A stretch of DNA of 64,000 nucleotides from Motiliproteus sp. (GTDB lineage Bacteria; Pseudomonadota; Gammaproteobacteria; Pseudomonadales; Balneatricaceae). Positions 9,981 through 19,975 of this stretch are shown in pieces; the stretch's first letter is position 1, and every line of letters begins with the position of its first letter. Made by a program: the position numbers and the translations under genes. The stretch is from contig JBALVL010000012.1 in assembly GCA_036961355.1 (NCBI GenBank), forward strand, positions 5,954 through 69,953. Reading direction: 5' to 3'. The notes beneath the pieces are model-generated. The model saw nothing but the letters and a program-made list of their open reading frames with translations. It ran no database searches and had not been told where the DNA came from.

Positions 9981-11444
9981 GTGGCTTCTTTGCGTAAGAT
10001 CTTTGCGGTTCCCGGCACTGTTATTCTCACATTGGGTACCAGTGTGATAATTGTTCTTCTATTGCTGCTGTTATGGAATGAGCGCACTAAAGATCTCAAT
10101 CTTGCTAGGGCGAATGCGACGTATGTTGCTGAGTTGATGGGGGCAAATGTGCGCAGAACTGTTGATGAATTAGCTGACCAACTCTACGGAACCCGAAGCG
10201 CAGCACTTCTACTTGCACCCGAAGCAACTCCCAAGCAACAGCAACAGACTATCAACGCCCTGGCGACCGACTTGTTGGAGCGCAAACCTTTCATCCGAAC
10301 GTTCTTTATCGTATCGCCTCAAGGCGACATCACCCAATGGAATCGTGATCAACCCCGGCCGTCGGTGGCGGATCGTGAATATGTCCAGCACCACGTCGAT
10401 CACCCAGAGAGCGGTCTGTATATTTCTCAGCCGATCCGCTCTAAGTTGGATGATCAGTGGATTATCCTAGCTAGCCTGCCTTTACGCTCCCCCCAAGGAG
10501 AGTTAACAGGCGTCGTCGCTATCAGCATCGAGCCTGAGGTTCTTGCCCCAAGGTATCTGCAATCTATCCCTTCTACGGGCTTTGATCTGGGTATTTTGAA
10601 GGCGGATAGCCAGGTAATCTGGTCAAACACCCATGAGACGGGTGAACGTTTCATCTCGTCCGCAGTTTCTGACTCCCCTTGGCTGGAACTGAAAGGTTCC
10701 GGCAACCTAGAAACCCTGTCCATTGGCAATCAAGGACTACGGCTTGTGGGGTACCAACAGTTTGAACAATCATCCATCTATATAGTTGCCTCGTTGTCGG
10801 TTGATAGCGTCCTCAAAAATTGGAGAATGCAGCGGAACATTGCGGGGTTCTCGGTTTTCTTTCTTGTGGTGATGAGTGTTGGTGTCGGTCGGCGTTTAGT
10901 TGCGGGTCACAACCGGTTACTGGAACAACACCAGAAACTGGAGTTATTGGCAACTCGAGATGCACTGACGGGGTTGCCCAATCGACGGTTTTTATGGGAT
11001 CAGGCCAAGCGATTGATCGCCTCGGCTCAGCGCCATCGATTTTCGCTGGCTGTAATCATGCTCGATATCGATCATTTTAAACGGGTTAATGACAGTTATG
11101 GCCACGATGTCGGTGATCGGGTCCTTATATCATTAGCGAATCTGATTGGAGGGGTCGCCCGCGAAACCGACCTGACCTGTCGGCTCGGTGGTGAAGAGTT
11201 TGCCATCGTTTTCTCGCACACCAGTGATCAACAAGCGACCGTGATTGCTGAACGGATTCGGGAGCAGGTGAAGTTGTTATCTTTTGACACGGAGCAGGAC
11301 TCTTTTGGAATAACCGTCAGTGTTGGTGTTTCAACGCTTGTTGATAATCTGGATATCGCACTGAAAAGTGCCGATGAGGCGCTTTATGTTGCCAAAAACA
11401 GCGGCCGTGATCGGGTGATTAACGCCGATCAACGACAGAGTTAA
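9981..11444 (+). CDS. Diguanylate cyclase with an N-terminal periplasmic (Cache-like) sensor
   Basis: Two TM segments flank a ~270-aa periplasmic region. C-terminal GGDEF domain with RLGGEEFAIVF active site and an RxxD-like I-site context. Confidence 0.85.
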   Translation: MASLRKIFAVPGTVILTLGTSVIIVLLLLLLWNERTKDLNLARANATYVAELMGANVRRTVDELADQLYGTRSAALLLAPEATPKQQQQTINALATDLLERKPFIRTFFIVSPQGDITQWNRDQPRPSVADREYVQHHVDHPESGLYISQPIRSKLDDQWIILASLPLRSPQGELTGVVAISIEPEVLAPRYLQSIPSTGFDLGILKADSQVIWSNTHETGERFISSAVSDSPWLELKGSGNLETLSIGNQGLRLVGYQQFEQSSIYIVASLSVDSVLKNWRMQRNIAGFSVFFLVVMSVGVGRRLVAGHNRLLEQHQKLELLATRDALTGLPNRRFLWDQAKRLIASAQRHRFSLAVIMLDIDHFKRVNDSYGHDVGDRVLISLANLIGGVARETDLTCRLGGEEFAIVFSHTSDQQATVIAERIREQVKLLSFDTEQDSFGITVSVGVSTLVDNLDIALKSADEALYVAKNSGRDRVINADQRQS

Positions 11445-11742
11445 GGCTGTATTTTAAGATGTTTGGCTAATTTGAAGTTTTTGTACGGAATCTGCAGCGA
11501 GTAGATTTCGAATACATTCTACTTTTTCATCCTACTGTTCTTCGAATGGATTACCCATAAAGCGGTTCTGTGATTAGAAAAACAACACTCTCTCTTCTAA
11601 GATAATAGAGTCTCAGAAGGTTGCTGAGTCGGGTAGTTGGTCGATTAGAAACCGAAAGCAGACTCTTCATCTCTGATAGTACTGCGACCGACGTTAACGC
11701 AACCGTTGTCGCGCGATCGACTCATACCCTTTATCACTCGTA

Positions 11743-12384
11743 GTGGATATCGAGCGCTCTGCAACTCCTGAGGGAGAGTGGCCCGTGGACAGAGCCGTAT
11801 CGGCTTTCTGTACCGAATCCAAACCAGCGCGCAGCCTGTCTTGGCTACGATTGCTGCCTATGCTGCTGCTCTGTTGCCTCGTTAGTTTTTTCTTCCGTTC
11901 AGCCTTGGCGGATGATGCGCCATCCGTTTCGCGGACCGACTACTCAACGTTGGATCTACAGGTTCGGACTCTGAAAAAGGAGGTTCTGGCGATCAATCGT
12001 GAACTGCGGTTGCTGGAGGAGGAGATGCTATACCCCTCGGCGCAGCAGTTGGTGATGTTGTTATCGGTGCTACCGCAACCGGATTTTAAACTCGCTGAAA
12101 TAAGCATCATGCTCGATGGCGTGGTGCTTGCGCTGCACCGCTACAGCGATGCCGAGAACGCGGCTTTGGCCAAGGGCGGAACGCATCGGCCCTACATGGG
12201 CAGGCTCAAACAGGGAGCGCATCAGTTAACGGTTTCTATATCCGGAAGGACTGCCGAGGGCGACACATTCCAACGGGCGATCCGGCAGCCAGTTGATAAG
12301 CAGCAAACCGCACGTTATATAGAGCTGAGGGTAGAACCTGCCCTGTTCTCAGATGTGCCACTGCTAAATATCTATCAGTGGTAA
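11743..12384 (+). CDS. Hypothetical secreted coiled-coil protein, first gene of the TPR/ExbBD/TonB-like operon
   Basis: Signal-like LLPMLLLCCLVSFFFRSALA, heptad-like LKKEVLAINRELRLLEEEMLYP. Stop is 8 nt before the next gene. GTG start is uncertain. Confidence 0.5.
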   Translation: MDIERSATPEGEWPVDRAVSAFCTESKPARSLSWLRLLPMLLLCCLVSFFFRSALADDAPSVSRTDYSTLDLQVRTLKKEVLAINRELRLLEEEMLYPSAQQLVMLLSVLPQPDFKLAEISIMLDGVVLALHRYSDAENAALAKGGTHRPYMGRLKQGAHQLTVSISGRTAEGDTFQRAIRQPVDKQQTARYIELRVEPALFSDVPLLNIYQW

Positions 12385-12391
12385 CGCGGTC

Positions 12392-14476
12392 ATGCTGACG
12401 CTGCTACGTAAATCGGGATGGCGATGCCATCTGTTGGTCGCCATGCTTGGCGGTTCTGTATTTGGCGGCTCTATGCTGAATGGCTCTATGCCGGGTTCAT
12501 CTATGCAGGCAAGGGCAGATGAGGCGCCCGGCCCAACGCGACTGCAACAGTTGCTCTCAGGTGAAGCGCTGTACCGATCGCAACTCAACGACTATCTCTC
12601 GGCGATCCCCCAGCTGCAGTTGGCGCACGAGGAGGGCCTGCTAACGGACTCCTCTGCTGAAAGTGAAGTTCTGCTGACCCGACTCAAACTGGGTTACGGG
12701 TTGCGAGGGGAGGCCGATAGTGAATTTCGAGCCCTGCTCGACGAGCGTATCGACCCACAGCTCAGAAACCGTGCCTGGTATGAACTGGCTCGCAGCTTTT
12801 ACCAGCAGCGCAATCCGTCGTCGGCCAAGGCGGTGCTCGATAACATTCAAGGATCGGTGCCTGACGATATTCGCGGTGACCATCAATTACTCCAGTCACA
12901 TGTGCTGATCGCGTTAGGGCAACATCAACAGGCGGCTCAGGCCCTCGAGAGCTGGAGAGGGGCGAAGTCATTGCGTGGTTATGGCTACTACAACCGAGGT
13001 ATCGCGCTGATGCTGGCAGGGCGGGATACCGATGCGTTGGTATCGCTCAAGCGCGTGGTCGATCTGCCCGCGGAATCGGAAGAGTTACTGGCCTTAAGGG
13101 ATAAAGCCAGTGTCACCATCGGATATACGCTGGCACGTCAGGGTGACTTGCCGCAAGCTCGGAAGTATCTGCAACGTGTCCGCCTGCGTGGTCCCTCGTC
13201 AAACAAGGCGCTATTGGCGAGCGGTTGGATTGCGCAGCAGCAGGGCCAAACCAAACAGGCGTTAGCACCTTGGATGGAGCTACGTAAAAGGGCGTTGTCA
13301 GATCCTGCGGTGCAGCAGTCGTTGCTGGCGGTGCCATCGTTATACCAACAGTCGGCTCCGGCTTCGGCGGTGAAGGACTATGAAGCCGCCGTTACCGCTT
13401 TCTCCCGTGAGTTGGATTCAATTGATCAAGCGACAGCATCGCTGCAGCAGGGGCATAACCTCGGTGAACTGTTGGCTGCCGAACCCGTAAAGACGACAGT
13501 AACGGCGGTGTCCGGAACATCCGACTCTGGACTCCCTAAGCCCGGTTTATCTGCCCTTGGAGCTTCTGCATCTAGATTGTCTGAACCTGGATTGTCTGAA
13601 CCTGGATTGTCTGAACCAACATCCTCCCAGCGGATGGGGTCGTTATTGGCCAGTCGTATTTTTCAGCAGACGGCGCGCGGGCGCAGTGACTTGCGTGCGA
13701 TGATCGATAATCTGGACGAAGGGCTCAGAAGTGTCGATGCGCTGGCTCGGTTAACCCGACCCGGCTCTGATCGAATCGCTGATGAGGTGGTGACGGAGGA
13801 GTATCGGACCCGCTCGACACCAGGTACGGCAGCTATCCCCGGTGCGAGCGTCGGCAGATCACAAGCCGTGCCGGTTAATCCGCTGGTTGGTAGCGGCCTG
13901 TCAATCAGGAACCGTTTTTTGGGTTTACCGACTGGCTATCCGGGGGACTTTCCCGATTCGGAAGTTATCGCTTTGCCGGAGTCATCGCAGGAACTTCCCG
14001 ATTCTTACGCCTTCAATCTCCCCGGAGGTGGCTCAATCATCATTCCTAATCGGGGTGATTGGCATCGCAATCCGACAGGCAAATGGCGGGCTCACAACAA
14101 CAGCGTGCCTGAACTATCAGCGCTAGCGGTTGCCCCGGCCAACCCCCAACCCCTCAGCCAACCCCAGCCGTTGAGTCCTTCACTGGCCGAGCTGGTTACG
14201 GCGTTGAGTGAAACCCGCATACGAATACGGCGTATCGTCAGTCGTGCCAAGCTTGGGTCTCGTCCGGGCGGCCAGCTGGATGAACATATCGCATCGTTAC
14301 GGCAGCGGATTGTGCTGCTGCGGGACCGTACTGTCGTTGCTGTTGAACACTACGAACAGCACGCACGCAACTTGGCGCTGGAGGAACTCCAGCGAAGTCA
14401 TGATCAACTGCAACATAACCTCAGACAGGCCCGGCTTGAATTGGCCAAAAGTTATGACTCAGCCAATGCGCATTAA
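12392..14476 (+). CDS. Secreted TPR-repeat protein (GltE/AglT-like by context)
   Basis: 694 aa with an N-terminal hydrophobic leader, TPR-like helical repeats in the first ~330 aa, a (LSEPG)x3 repeat and a C-terminal coiled coil. Confidence 0.65.
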   Translation: MLTLLRKSGWRCHLLVAMLGGSVFGGSMLNGSMPGSSMQARADEAPGPTRLQQLLSGEALYRSQLNDYLSAIPQLQLAHEEGLLTDSSAESEVLLTRLKLGYGLRGEADSEFRALLDERIDPQLRNRAWYELARSFYQQRNPSSAKAVLDNIQGSVPDDIRGDHQLLQSHVLIALGQHQQAAQALESWRGAKSLRGYGYYNRGIALMLAGRDTDALVSLKRVVDLPAESEELLALRDKASVTIGYTLARQGDLPQARKYLQRVRLRGPSSNKALLASGWIAQQQGQTKQALAPWMELRKRALSDPAVQQSLLAVPSLYQQSAPASAVKDYEAAVTAFSRELDSIDQATASLQQGHNLGELLAAEPVKTTVTAVSGTSDSGLPKPGLSALGASASRLSEPGLSEPGLSEPTSSQRMGSLLASRIFQQTARGRSDLRAMIDNLDEGLRSVDALARLTRPGSDRIADEVVTEEYRTRSTPGTAAIPGASVGRSQAVPVNPLVGSGLSIRNRFLGLPTGYPGDFPDSEVIALPESSQELPDSYAFNLPGGGSIIIPNRGDWHRNPTGKWRAHNNSVPELSALAVAPANPQPLSQPQPLSPSLAELVTALSETRIRIRRIVSRAKLGSRPGGQLDEHIASLRQRIVLLRDRTVVAVEHYEQHARNLALEELQRSHDQLQHNLRQARLELAKSYDSANAH

Positions 14477-17400
14477 CTTCGATCCGAATCCCTCGCGCTT
14501 ACGTTTTAAGGAACGTCTGAGGGATCGTTTGAGGCTAGGGACTGTTGCTGTGCTTATCATCGGAATTTTTGTTATGGCCGGCTGTACAGGGGCTCCGGCG
14601 CGTCATACAGATGGAGGTTCGACGGCATCACAGACGCTTGCCGATCTGCCATTAAGCGCCACTCAGGCGGTTTATACAGCGGCTGATTCAGAGGGTATTG
14701 ATGATACCAGCCACAAAGCGATTGCGGGCTATCGTGACTTTTTAGCACGCTACCCTGACTCAGCGGACAGGCCGGAGATACTGCGTCGAATGGCTGATCT
14801 GATGGTCGATGTCGGTGAAGCGGCAGCTATTGATACTGCCATAGATCCCATCGTTTTTAGTCAAGGCGCGCCAAAAGGAGCAGGGTTAATAGGCACTGCA
14901 ACCGAGACAACGAACCATCGTTTTGACGAACCGATAGCGATCTACCAAGGTTTACTGAGTAGTGATCCACAAAACCCTGCCAACGACGAAATTCTTTATC
15001 AACTTGCCAGGGCGCAGCAGAACAATGGCCAAGCGTCGCAGGCACTGATAACGCTCGAACTTTTAACCACCCAATACCCAGCTACTGAAAACCGGAACGA
15101 CGGCAATAGGATCTATGCGGATACTCAGTTTCGACGGGCGGAGATTTTTTTTGCAGAGCGGGACTTTGTACAGGCTGAGAAAGGTTACGCCGACGTGGTC
15201 GCGTTGGGTGACTCGGTGCAACTCTATCAGCAGGCTCAGTATAAGTTGGGGTGGAGTTTGTTTAAGCAGCAGCGTTACCAAAGTGCGCTGCTGCCATTTA
15301 CCCAGATACTGGACCGTCAGTTGATTCGGGTGATTGATACGCAACAAGCGGCTGATCCGCGAGCAGATCCCCGTGTCGCGCTTGCCGGGCTTTCCCGGAC
15401 TGAGCAGGAACAAGTTGCCGACATTTTTCGTGGGCTGAGTCTGAGCTTTTCCTATCTGGCCGGACCCGATTCAATTGTTGAGTTCTTCGATCAGCGGGGC
15501 GAGCGTAATTACCAGGTGCTGCTCTATGCCGATCTTGCGGCGCTCTACCAACGCAATGAATTGCTGGCCGATGCAGCCCGTACCTGGTTGGCGTTGGTGG
15601 CACGCGATCCGGATGGGCCGATGGCACCGACGGCTTATATCAAAGCGATCGATCTTTACCAGCAAGCGGGATCGTCGCAACCGTTGTGGCAGGCGCGCGC
15701 TGACTTTGCCCGCCACTACCGTTGGGATCAAGACTACTGGGTCAGCCACTCTGCCAACCCGCCAGCGGAGCTGGTGGAGGCGCTGCAGCTTGAGTTGGTG
15801 CAGTTGTCCGGTTATCACCATCGTCGTGCCTTGGCTAGCGACGAGGTGGAGGTGTATCAGCAGGCGGAGCGTTGGTACCGTCAATATCTAGCTCAGTTTG
15901 GAGAGGCCGAAGAGGGGCCAGAGATCAACTATCAACTGGCCGAATTGCTGTATCAACGCGGTGATTACCAAGGCGCTGTAAATGAGTATGAGCGGGTTGC
16001 ATATGACCGAGGCGATCTCGATTTGGCTGCTAAGGCCGGGCGGTCGGCTTTGCAGGCGTACCAGCGTTTAGCCGAGATAGAAGGAAACAGAGAAGGCGAG
16101 ACGAACCGAAGTGCTGCTGAAGCCACGCACGCTAACGTAGGGCTTAATGTAGAAATGAGTGAACGCCTGAACAGGAGCCGGATCCGATTTGTTATGTCCT
16201 TTCCTCAACATCAAGACGCCGCTGCGGTATGGACCCAGACCGGTTATGAATTGTTGCAACAGGGGGAGGCCGATGCAGTAGTGGCGCTGAGCGAAAACCT
16301 TAAGCAGCAGCGCAACGCTTTACAGGACAAGGATTTTCAGGGAGAGGATTTACAGGATAAGGGTTTACAGGATAACGATTTTCAAGACAAGGCGTTGCCG
16401 CCAAAGCTGCAGCAAGCCGACCGGGTTTTGTGGGCGCAGGCTCAATACGAGCGGGGTGAATTTGGGCTAGCCGAGCAAGGGTATCGTCAGGCTTTGACCA
16501 ACGCGAAAATCGATCGCTCGCAGTATCTGGTGTTGCAGCAGGGGATTGCCCTTTCACTTTACCGCCAGGCCCAAACAGCCCTTCAACGTGGAGATCAACG
16601 GCTAGCGGCAACGTTGTTCCTGAAGGTAGCTGCTGTGCCACATTTGACCAGTACGAATAAAGAGGAGACCAGTGCGAAGCAAGGGGAGGTCAGCTCGAAT
16701 CAAGAGGAGTTCGACTCGATGATGCCGATCGATGCGCAACTGCAAGCGGCGACGCTGTTGCTCGGACTGGAAGAGTGGAGTGACGCGGTTCGGGTGCTGG
16801 AACGATTACAACTGGCGCACCCGCCACCAAGTCTGGACCCGCAGCGGCAGTTGTCAGTCACCAAAAAGCTGGCCTTTGCTTATCATCGTAGCGCTCGCTA
16901 CGCCGAGGCGGCCACGGAGTATCAGCGGCTGGGACTAGCTAAGCAGGGGGGAGGGGAACAGGGACAGCCGGACCTGCGTCCTCAGGCCTTGCTACGATCG
17001 GCTGAGTTGTTCTTAAATGCGGGTCAGGTGGCCGGAGCCATAACTGTCCTTGAGGCTTATGTGGAACGTTTTCCGAAGCCGGTGGGTGAAGCAACCCAGG
17101 CGATGTTGCAGTTGGCCAACCTGTCTTACGATCGGGGTGATTTGACTGCCCAGCGGCGCTGGTTAAACCGGATCGTAAAGGCAGACCGGGTTGATGGCGA
17201 TGCGACCAGCACAGTGGTTGCTGCCAACGCGACATTACAGCTGGCTGACCCGCCGCGGCTTAATTTTGAGCAGATTGAGCTGGTTGAACCACTGCAGCAG
17301 AGTCTGACTAAAAAACTGTCGGCGATGGAGCAGGCGTTGGCAGCGTTAGCGTCAGCATCCACCTACCGTGTTGCTTCGGTCAGTAACGCTGTGCGTTACC

Positions 17401-18224
17401 GCGAGGCGGCGATCTATCATCAGTTTTATCGTTCGCTGCTCGACTCTGAACGGCCCGCAGGGCTTAACCGCGAAGAGACCGATCATTACAACCGGCTGCT
17501 GGCGTCACAGGCGGAGCCTTTCAAGCAGAAATCGATACTGTTGTATCAGGCCCAAATGCGTCGTACACCGGCTGAGCCGCTTGATAACTGGACACAACTG
17601 AGTTTGGCAGCCTTGACTTCGCTGAACCCGCAGCAGTATGCCAAACCCGAGCGTAGCGACCCCTGGTGGCGGTCCGAGCAGGTTGAACCTTCCCTTTGTG
17701 TTGAGGTTAGCCGCTGGCATGGTTGTGCGGCAGGTGGTCGACCCGAGCTGCGAGCCCAGTCGCTACCCAAACCTCTGCCCAAGCCGTTCAGAGAGATGTC
17801 GGAGCAAATTGCGCAGCAGCAGTTTGCTGAAGCTGAGGCGTTGTTAGCGAAAAGTGCACAGCAGGGACATTACCCTGATCAATTGCTCGAATACATCGGT
17901 GATGCCGCGCAGCGTGGCGACTTTGACGGCGTCAATGAGTTGTTGCAGTGGTTGCCTGAGTTGGATGCTGGCAAATCCATCGCCTACACTCAGCTTGGTA
18001 TTCAACTTCGCCAAGCGGGGTATCTGTCTCGGGCTAGGATGGCTTATCAGCGCGCTTTGGAGGTCAAGCCGGATTACCCCTTGGCACACCTGAATCTTGG
18101 CATCCTGTGTGAGCTTTATCTGCAGGTGACCGAGTGTGCGATGAATCATTACGGTGCCTTTCAACGCCTCTCGGTGGTGGCCGATCCGCAGGTAAATCGA
18201 TGGCTTGAGGGGTTACAACGATGA
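14454..18224 (+). CDS. Very large TPR-repeat lipoprotein (GltD/AgmU-like by context)
   Basis: ATG 14454 gives MTQPMRINF...LGTVAVLIIGIFVMAGC, a lipobox. About 1250 aa of TPR-like repeats (for example YQLARAQQNNGQASQALITLELL, AYTQLGIQLRQAGYLSRARMAYQRALEVKPDYPLAHLNLGI). The listed start at 14208 overlaps the previous gene and is rejected. Confidence 0.75.
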   Translation: MTQPMRINFDPNPSRLRFKERLRDRLRLGTVAVLIIGIFVMAGCTGAPARHTDGGSTASQTLADLPLSATQAVYTAADSEGIDDTSHKAIAGYRDFLARYPDSADRPEILRRMADLMVDVGEAAAIDTAIDPIVFSQGAPKGAGLIGTATETTNHRFDEPIAIYQGLLSSDPQNPANDEILYQLARAQQNNGQASQALITLELLTTQYPATENRNDGNRIYADTQFRRAEIFFAERDFVQAEKGYADVVALGDSVQLYQQAQYKLGWSLFKQQRYQSALLPFTQILDRQLIRVIDTQQAADPRADPRVALAGLSRTEQEQVADIFRGLSLSFSYLAGPDSIVEFFDQRGERNYQVLLYADLAALYQRNELLADAARTWLALVARDPDGPMAPTAYIKAIDLYQQAGSSQPLWQARADFARHYRWDQDYWVSHSANPPAELVEALQLELVQLSGYHHRRALASDEVEVYQQAERWYRQYLAQFGEAEEGPEINYQLAELLYQRGDYQGAVNEYERVAYDRGDLDLAAKAGRSALQAYQRLAEIEGNREGETNRSAAEATHANVGLNVEMSERLNRSRIRFVMSFPQHQDAAAVWTQTGYELLQQGEADAVVALSENLKQQRNALQDKDFQGEDLQDKGLQDNDFQDKALPPKLQQADRVLWAQAQYERGEFGLAEQGYRQALTNAKIDRSQYLVLQQGIALSLYRQAQTALQRGDQRLAATLFLKVAAVPHLTSTNKEETSAKQGEVSSNQEEFDSMMPIDAQLQAATLLLGLEEWSDAVRVLERLQLAHPPPSLDPQRQLSVTKKLAFAYHRSARYAEAATEYQRLGLAKQGGGEQGQPDLRPQALLRSAELFLNAGQVAGAITVLEAYVERFPKPVGEATQAMLQLANLSYDRGDLTAQRRWLNRIVKADRVDGDATSTVVAANATLQLADPPRLNFEQIELVEPLQQSLTKKLSAMEQALAALASASTYRVASVSNAVRYREAAIYHQFYRSLLDSERPAGLNREETDHYNRLLASQAEPFKQKSILLYQAQMRRTPAEPLDNWTQLSLAALTSLNPQQYAKPERSDPWWRSEQVEPSLCVEVSRWHGCAAGGRPELRAQSLPKPLPKPFREMSEQIAQQQFAEAEALLAKSAQQGHYPDQLLEYIGDAAQRGDFDGVNELLQWLPELDAGKSIAYTQLGIQLRQAGYLSRARMAYQRALEVKPDYPLAHLNLGILCELYLQVTECAMNHYGAFQRLSVVADPQVNRWLEGLQR

Positions 18225-18235
18225 GGCGGAATTGT

Positions 18236-18338
18236 CTATGAGGGATAGGCTATGAGGTATGCAGCTATGAGGTATGCAGTCATGAGGGATAGGCCATGCG
18301 GTATGCAGCTATGAGGTCTTTATCCATGCGCTATGCAG
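18236..18338 (+). repeat. Seven degenerate 14-15-bp tandem units (CyATGmGGTATGCAG), each carrying an ATG
   Basis: Read directly: ctatgagggatagg / ctatgaggtatgcag / ctatgaggtatgcag / tcatgagggatagg / ccatgcggtatgcag / ctatgaggtctttat / ccatgcgctatgcag. Lies between the giant TPR gene's stop (18224) and the small secreted ORF. Confidence 0.85.
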
Positions 18339-18667
18339 CGTCCAGCTTGCTGTTTGTGGTGCTGTTTTTAGCGTTGTTGTTGAATTGCGTCCCTTTGGCG
18401 CAGGGGCAGGAAGATCAGGCGTCAGCCGGTCGTCAGCAGGCGCAAGCAAACAGCAACTCGCTGGAGCAGCAACCAATAGCGATTCGGGGCAACAAGGCCT
18501 TGCCCAAGACCCTGTTTATCGCGCCCTGGAAACAGTTGGGGTCACCGCTGGGTAGTGATCCTTTCGCGGCGCCTGCTGCTGAGCAGCCGGTACCGTTGGA
18601 GCGGGACCTGTTTCTCAAAGAGTTGGAGGTTTATCACGATGGCGTTCCCGCCGAAGACTCCTGGTAG
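18296..18667 (+). CDS. Small secreted protein (GltF-like position); start ambiguous among repeated ATGs
   Basis: Signal peptide MRYAASSLLFVVLFLALLLNCVPLAQG. In-frame candidate starts at 18296, 18311 and 18326. Confidence 0.5.
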   Translation: MRYAAMRSLSMRYAASSLLFVVLFLALLLNCVPLAQGQEDQASAGRQQAQANSNSLEQQPIAIRGNKALPKTLFIAPWKQLGSPLGSDPFAAPAAEQPVPLERDLFLKELEVYHDGVPAEDSW

Positions 18668-18789
18668 TTGTCGGCATCGTAGTTATCAGTTTCGGATGGA
18701 ATCAACACTTATTTGCCGGGCTCGTTGCTGTTGTTGGAACCTATATTGGGACCTAACTAACGCTGTGCCGCCAATCAGAGGGAGATTGT

Positions 18790-19449
18790 ATGGACAAACT
18801 CTACGCAGTATTGGGCTTCTTTCAGTCCGGCGGCCTGTTTATGTACCCGATTGCATTCATCCTAGCGCTGGGGGTCGCTATTGCGATCGAGCGTTATATC
18901 TATCTATCGGTGGCCGAGAACCGTAACCGTAAAGTTTGGAAACAGGTGGTGCCGCTGGTGGAGCAGGGGCATGTTGAGCGAGCCTGGGAGTTGGTGCTGG
19001 GTTCGAACTCGGTGATGAGCCAGGTATTAGGTTATGGCTTGCAGTGCGCACAGTCACCCAGCAGCAAGGATGCAGTACAGCGGGCAATGGAGGAGGGGGC
19101 GCTAGAATTTCTTCCTCGACTGGAGAAGCGCACGCATTACCTAGCGACCTTTGCCAATGTGGCTACGCTGTTGGGACTTTTGGGAACCATCATGGGTTTG
19201 ACTGAGGCGTTCTCGACGCTGTCCGATGTGGGCTCGGGTGACCGGGCGCAGGTGTTGTCGGCCAGTATCTCGCTGGCGATGAATACGACGGCTTTTGGTT
19301 TGATGGTTGCGATTCCGATGTTGCTGGTCCACGCCTATATGCAAACCAAGGTGACGCAGGTGTTAGACGGCTTGCAGATGGCGTCGATCAAACTGCCTAA
19401 AATGCTGGACGTTGAGCTGAAGAGCTTGGATATCAGCCATGATAGCTAG
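18790..19449 (+). CDS. exbB: MotA/TolQ/ExbB proton-channel family protein
   Basis: 219 aa, three TM segments, conserved C-terminal region LATFANVATLLGLLGTIMGL...ALSASISLAMNTTAFGLMVAIPMLL. Confidence 0.85.
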   Translation: MDKLYAVLGFFQSGGLFMYPIAFILALGVAIAIERYIYLSVAENRNRKVWKQVVPLVEQGHVERAWELVLGSNSVMSQVLGYGLQCAQSPSSKDAVQRAMEEGALEFLPRLEKRTHYLATFANVATLLGLLGTIMGLTEAFSTLSDVGSGDRAQVLSASISLAMNTTAFGLMVAIPMLLVHAYMQTKVTQVLDGLQMASIKLPKMLDVELKSLDISHDS

Positions 19450-19975
19450 ATATCACAGTCGTCTGAGGCGTGATGCTGAGTCGGTAGATGTGACCGCATT
19501 TCTTAGCCTGATGGTGATTCTGATCCCTTTCTTGCTGATCTCGACGGTACTGTCGCAACTGGCGATTATCGATCTGCAGGTTGCACAGGGTGAGTCTCAA
19601 GCCGCCGATGTCAGCGATCCACTAGGGTTGCAGCTGGTGGTTCGCTCGACGGTGATTGAACTTGATCACCAACAACGACAACAGCCGTTGCTGATTGATC
19701 GAGCGCAGGGGGAGAAGGCGTGGCAGTTGTTGGCCCAGCAGTTGCTCGAGCTTAAGCAGCGCTACCCGCAAAGTACTGCGGCGACAGTTTTGCTGGAATC
19801 ACAAGTGAGCTACGAGGTGTTGATTCGGGTTGTCGACTTGGTTCGCCTTCAATCGAGCACTCTAGGGTCTGAGCCAGTCGCGGCGTCTGCGTCCGCCCAG
19901 CAACAGCCGCTGTTTCCGGATCTGACGCTGGGTGAAGTCTCAACCCGCAGCGCAGCAGGGAAGGGTTCACCGTGA
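19439..19975 (+). CDS. exbD: ExbD/TolR-family biopolymer transport protein
   Basis: N-terminal VDVTAFLSLMVILIPFLLI TM helix typical of ExbD/TolR. Overlaps the exbB stop by 11 nt. Confidence 0.8.
   Translation: MIARYHSRLRRDAESVDVTAFLSLMVILIPFLLISTVLSQLAIIDLQVAQGESQAADVSDPLGLQLVVRSTVIELDHQQRQQPLLIDRAQGEKAWQLLAQQLLELKQRYPQSTAATVLLESQVSYEVLIRVVDLVRLQSSTLGSEPVAASASAQQQPLFPDLTLGEVSTRSAAGKGSP

Noticed and set aside
14208-14453. Upstream 82 codons of the listed 1338-aa ORF (start 14208).
   Set aside because: This part overlaps the 3' end of the 12392..14476 gene in another frame and has no signal features. A lipoprotein signal (…VMAGC) begins right after ATG 14454, so the extension is treated as an ORF-calling artefact.
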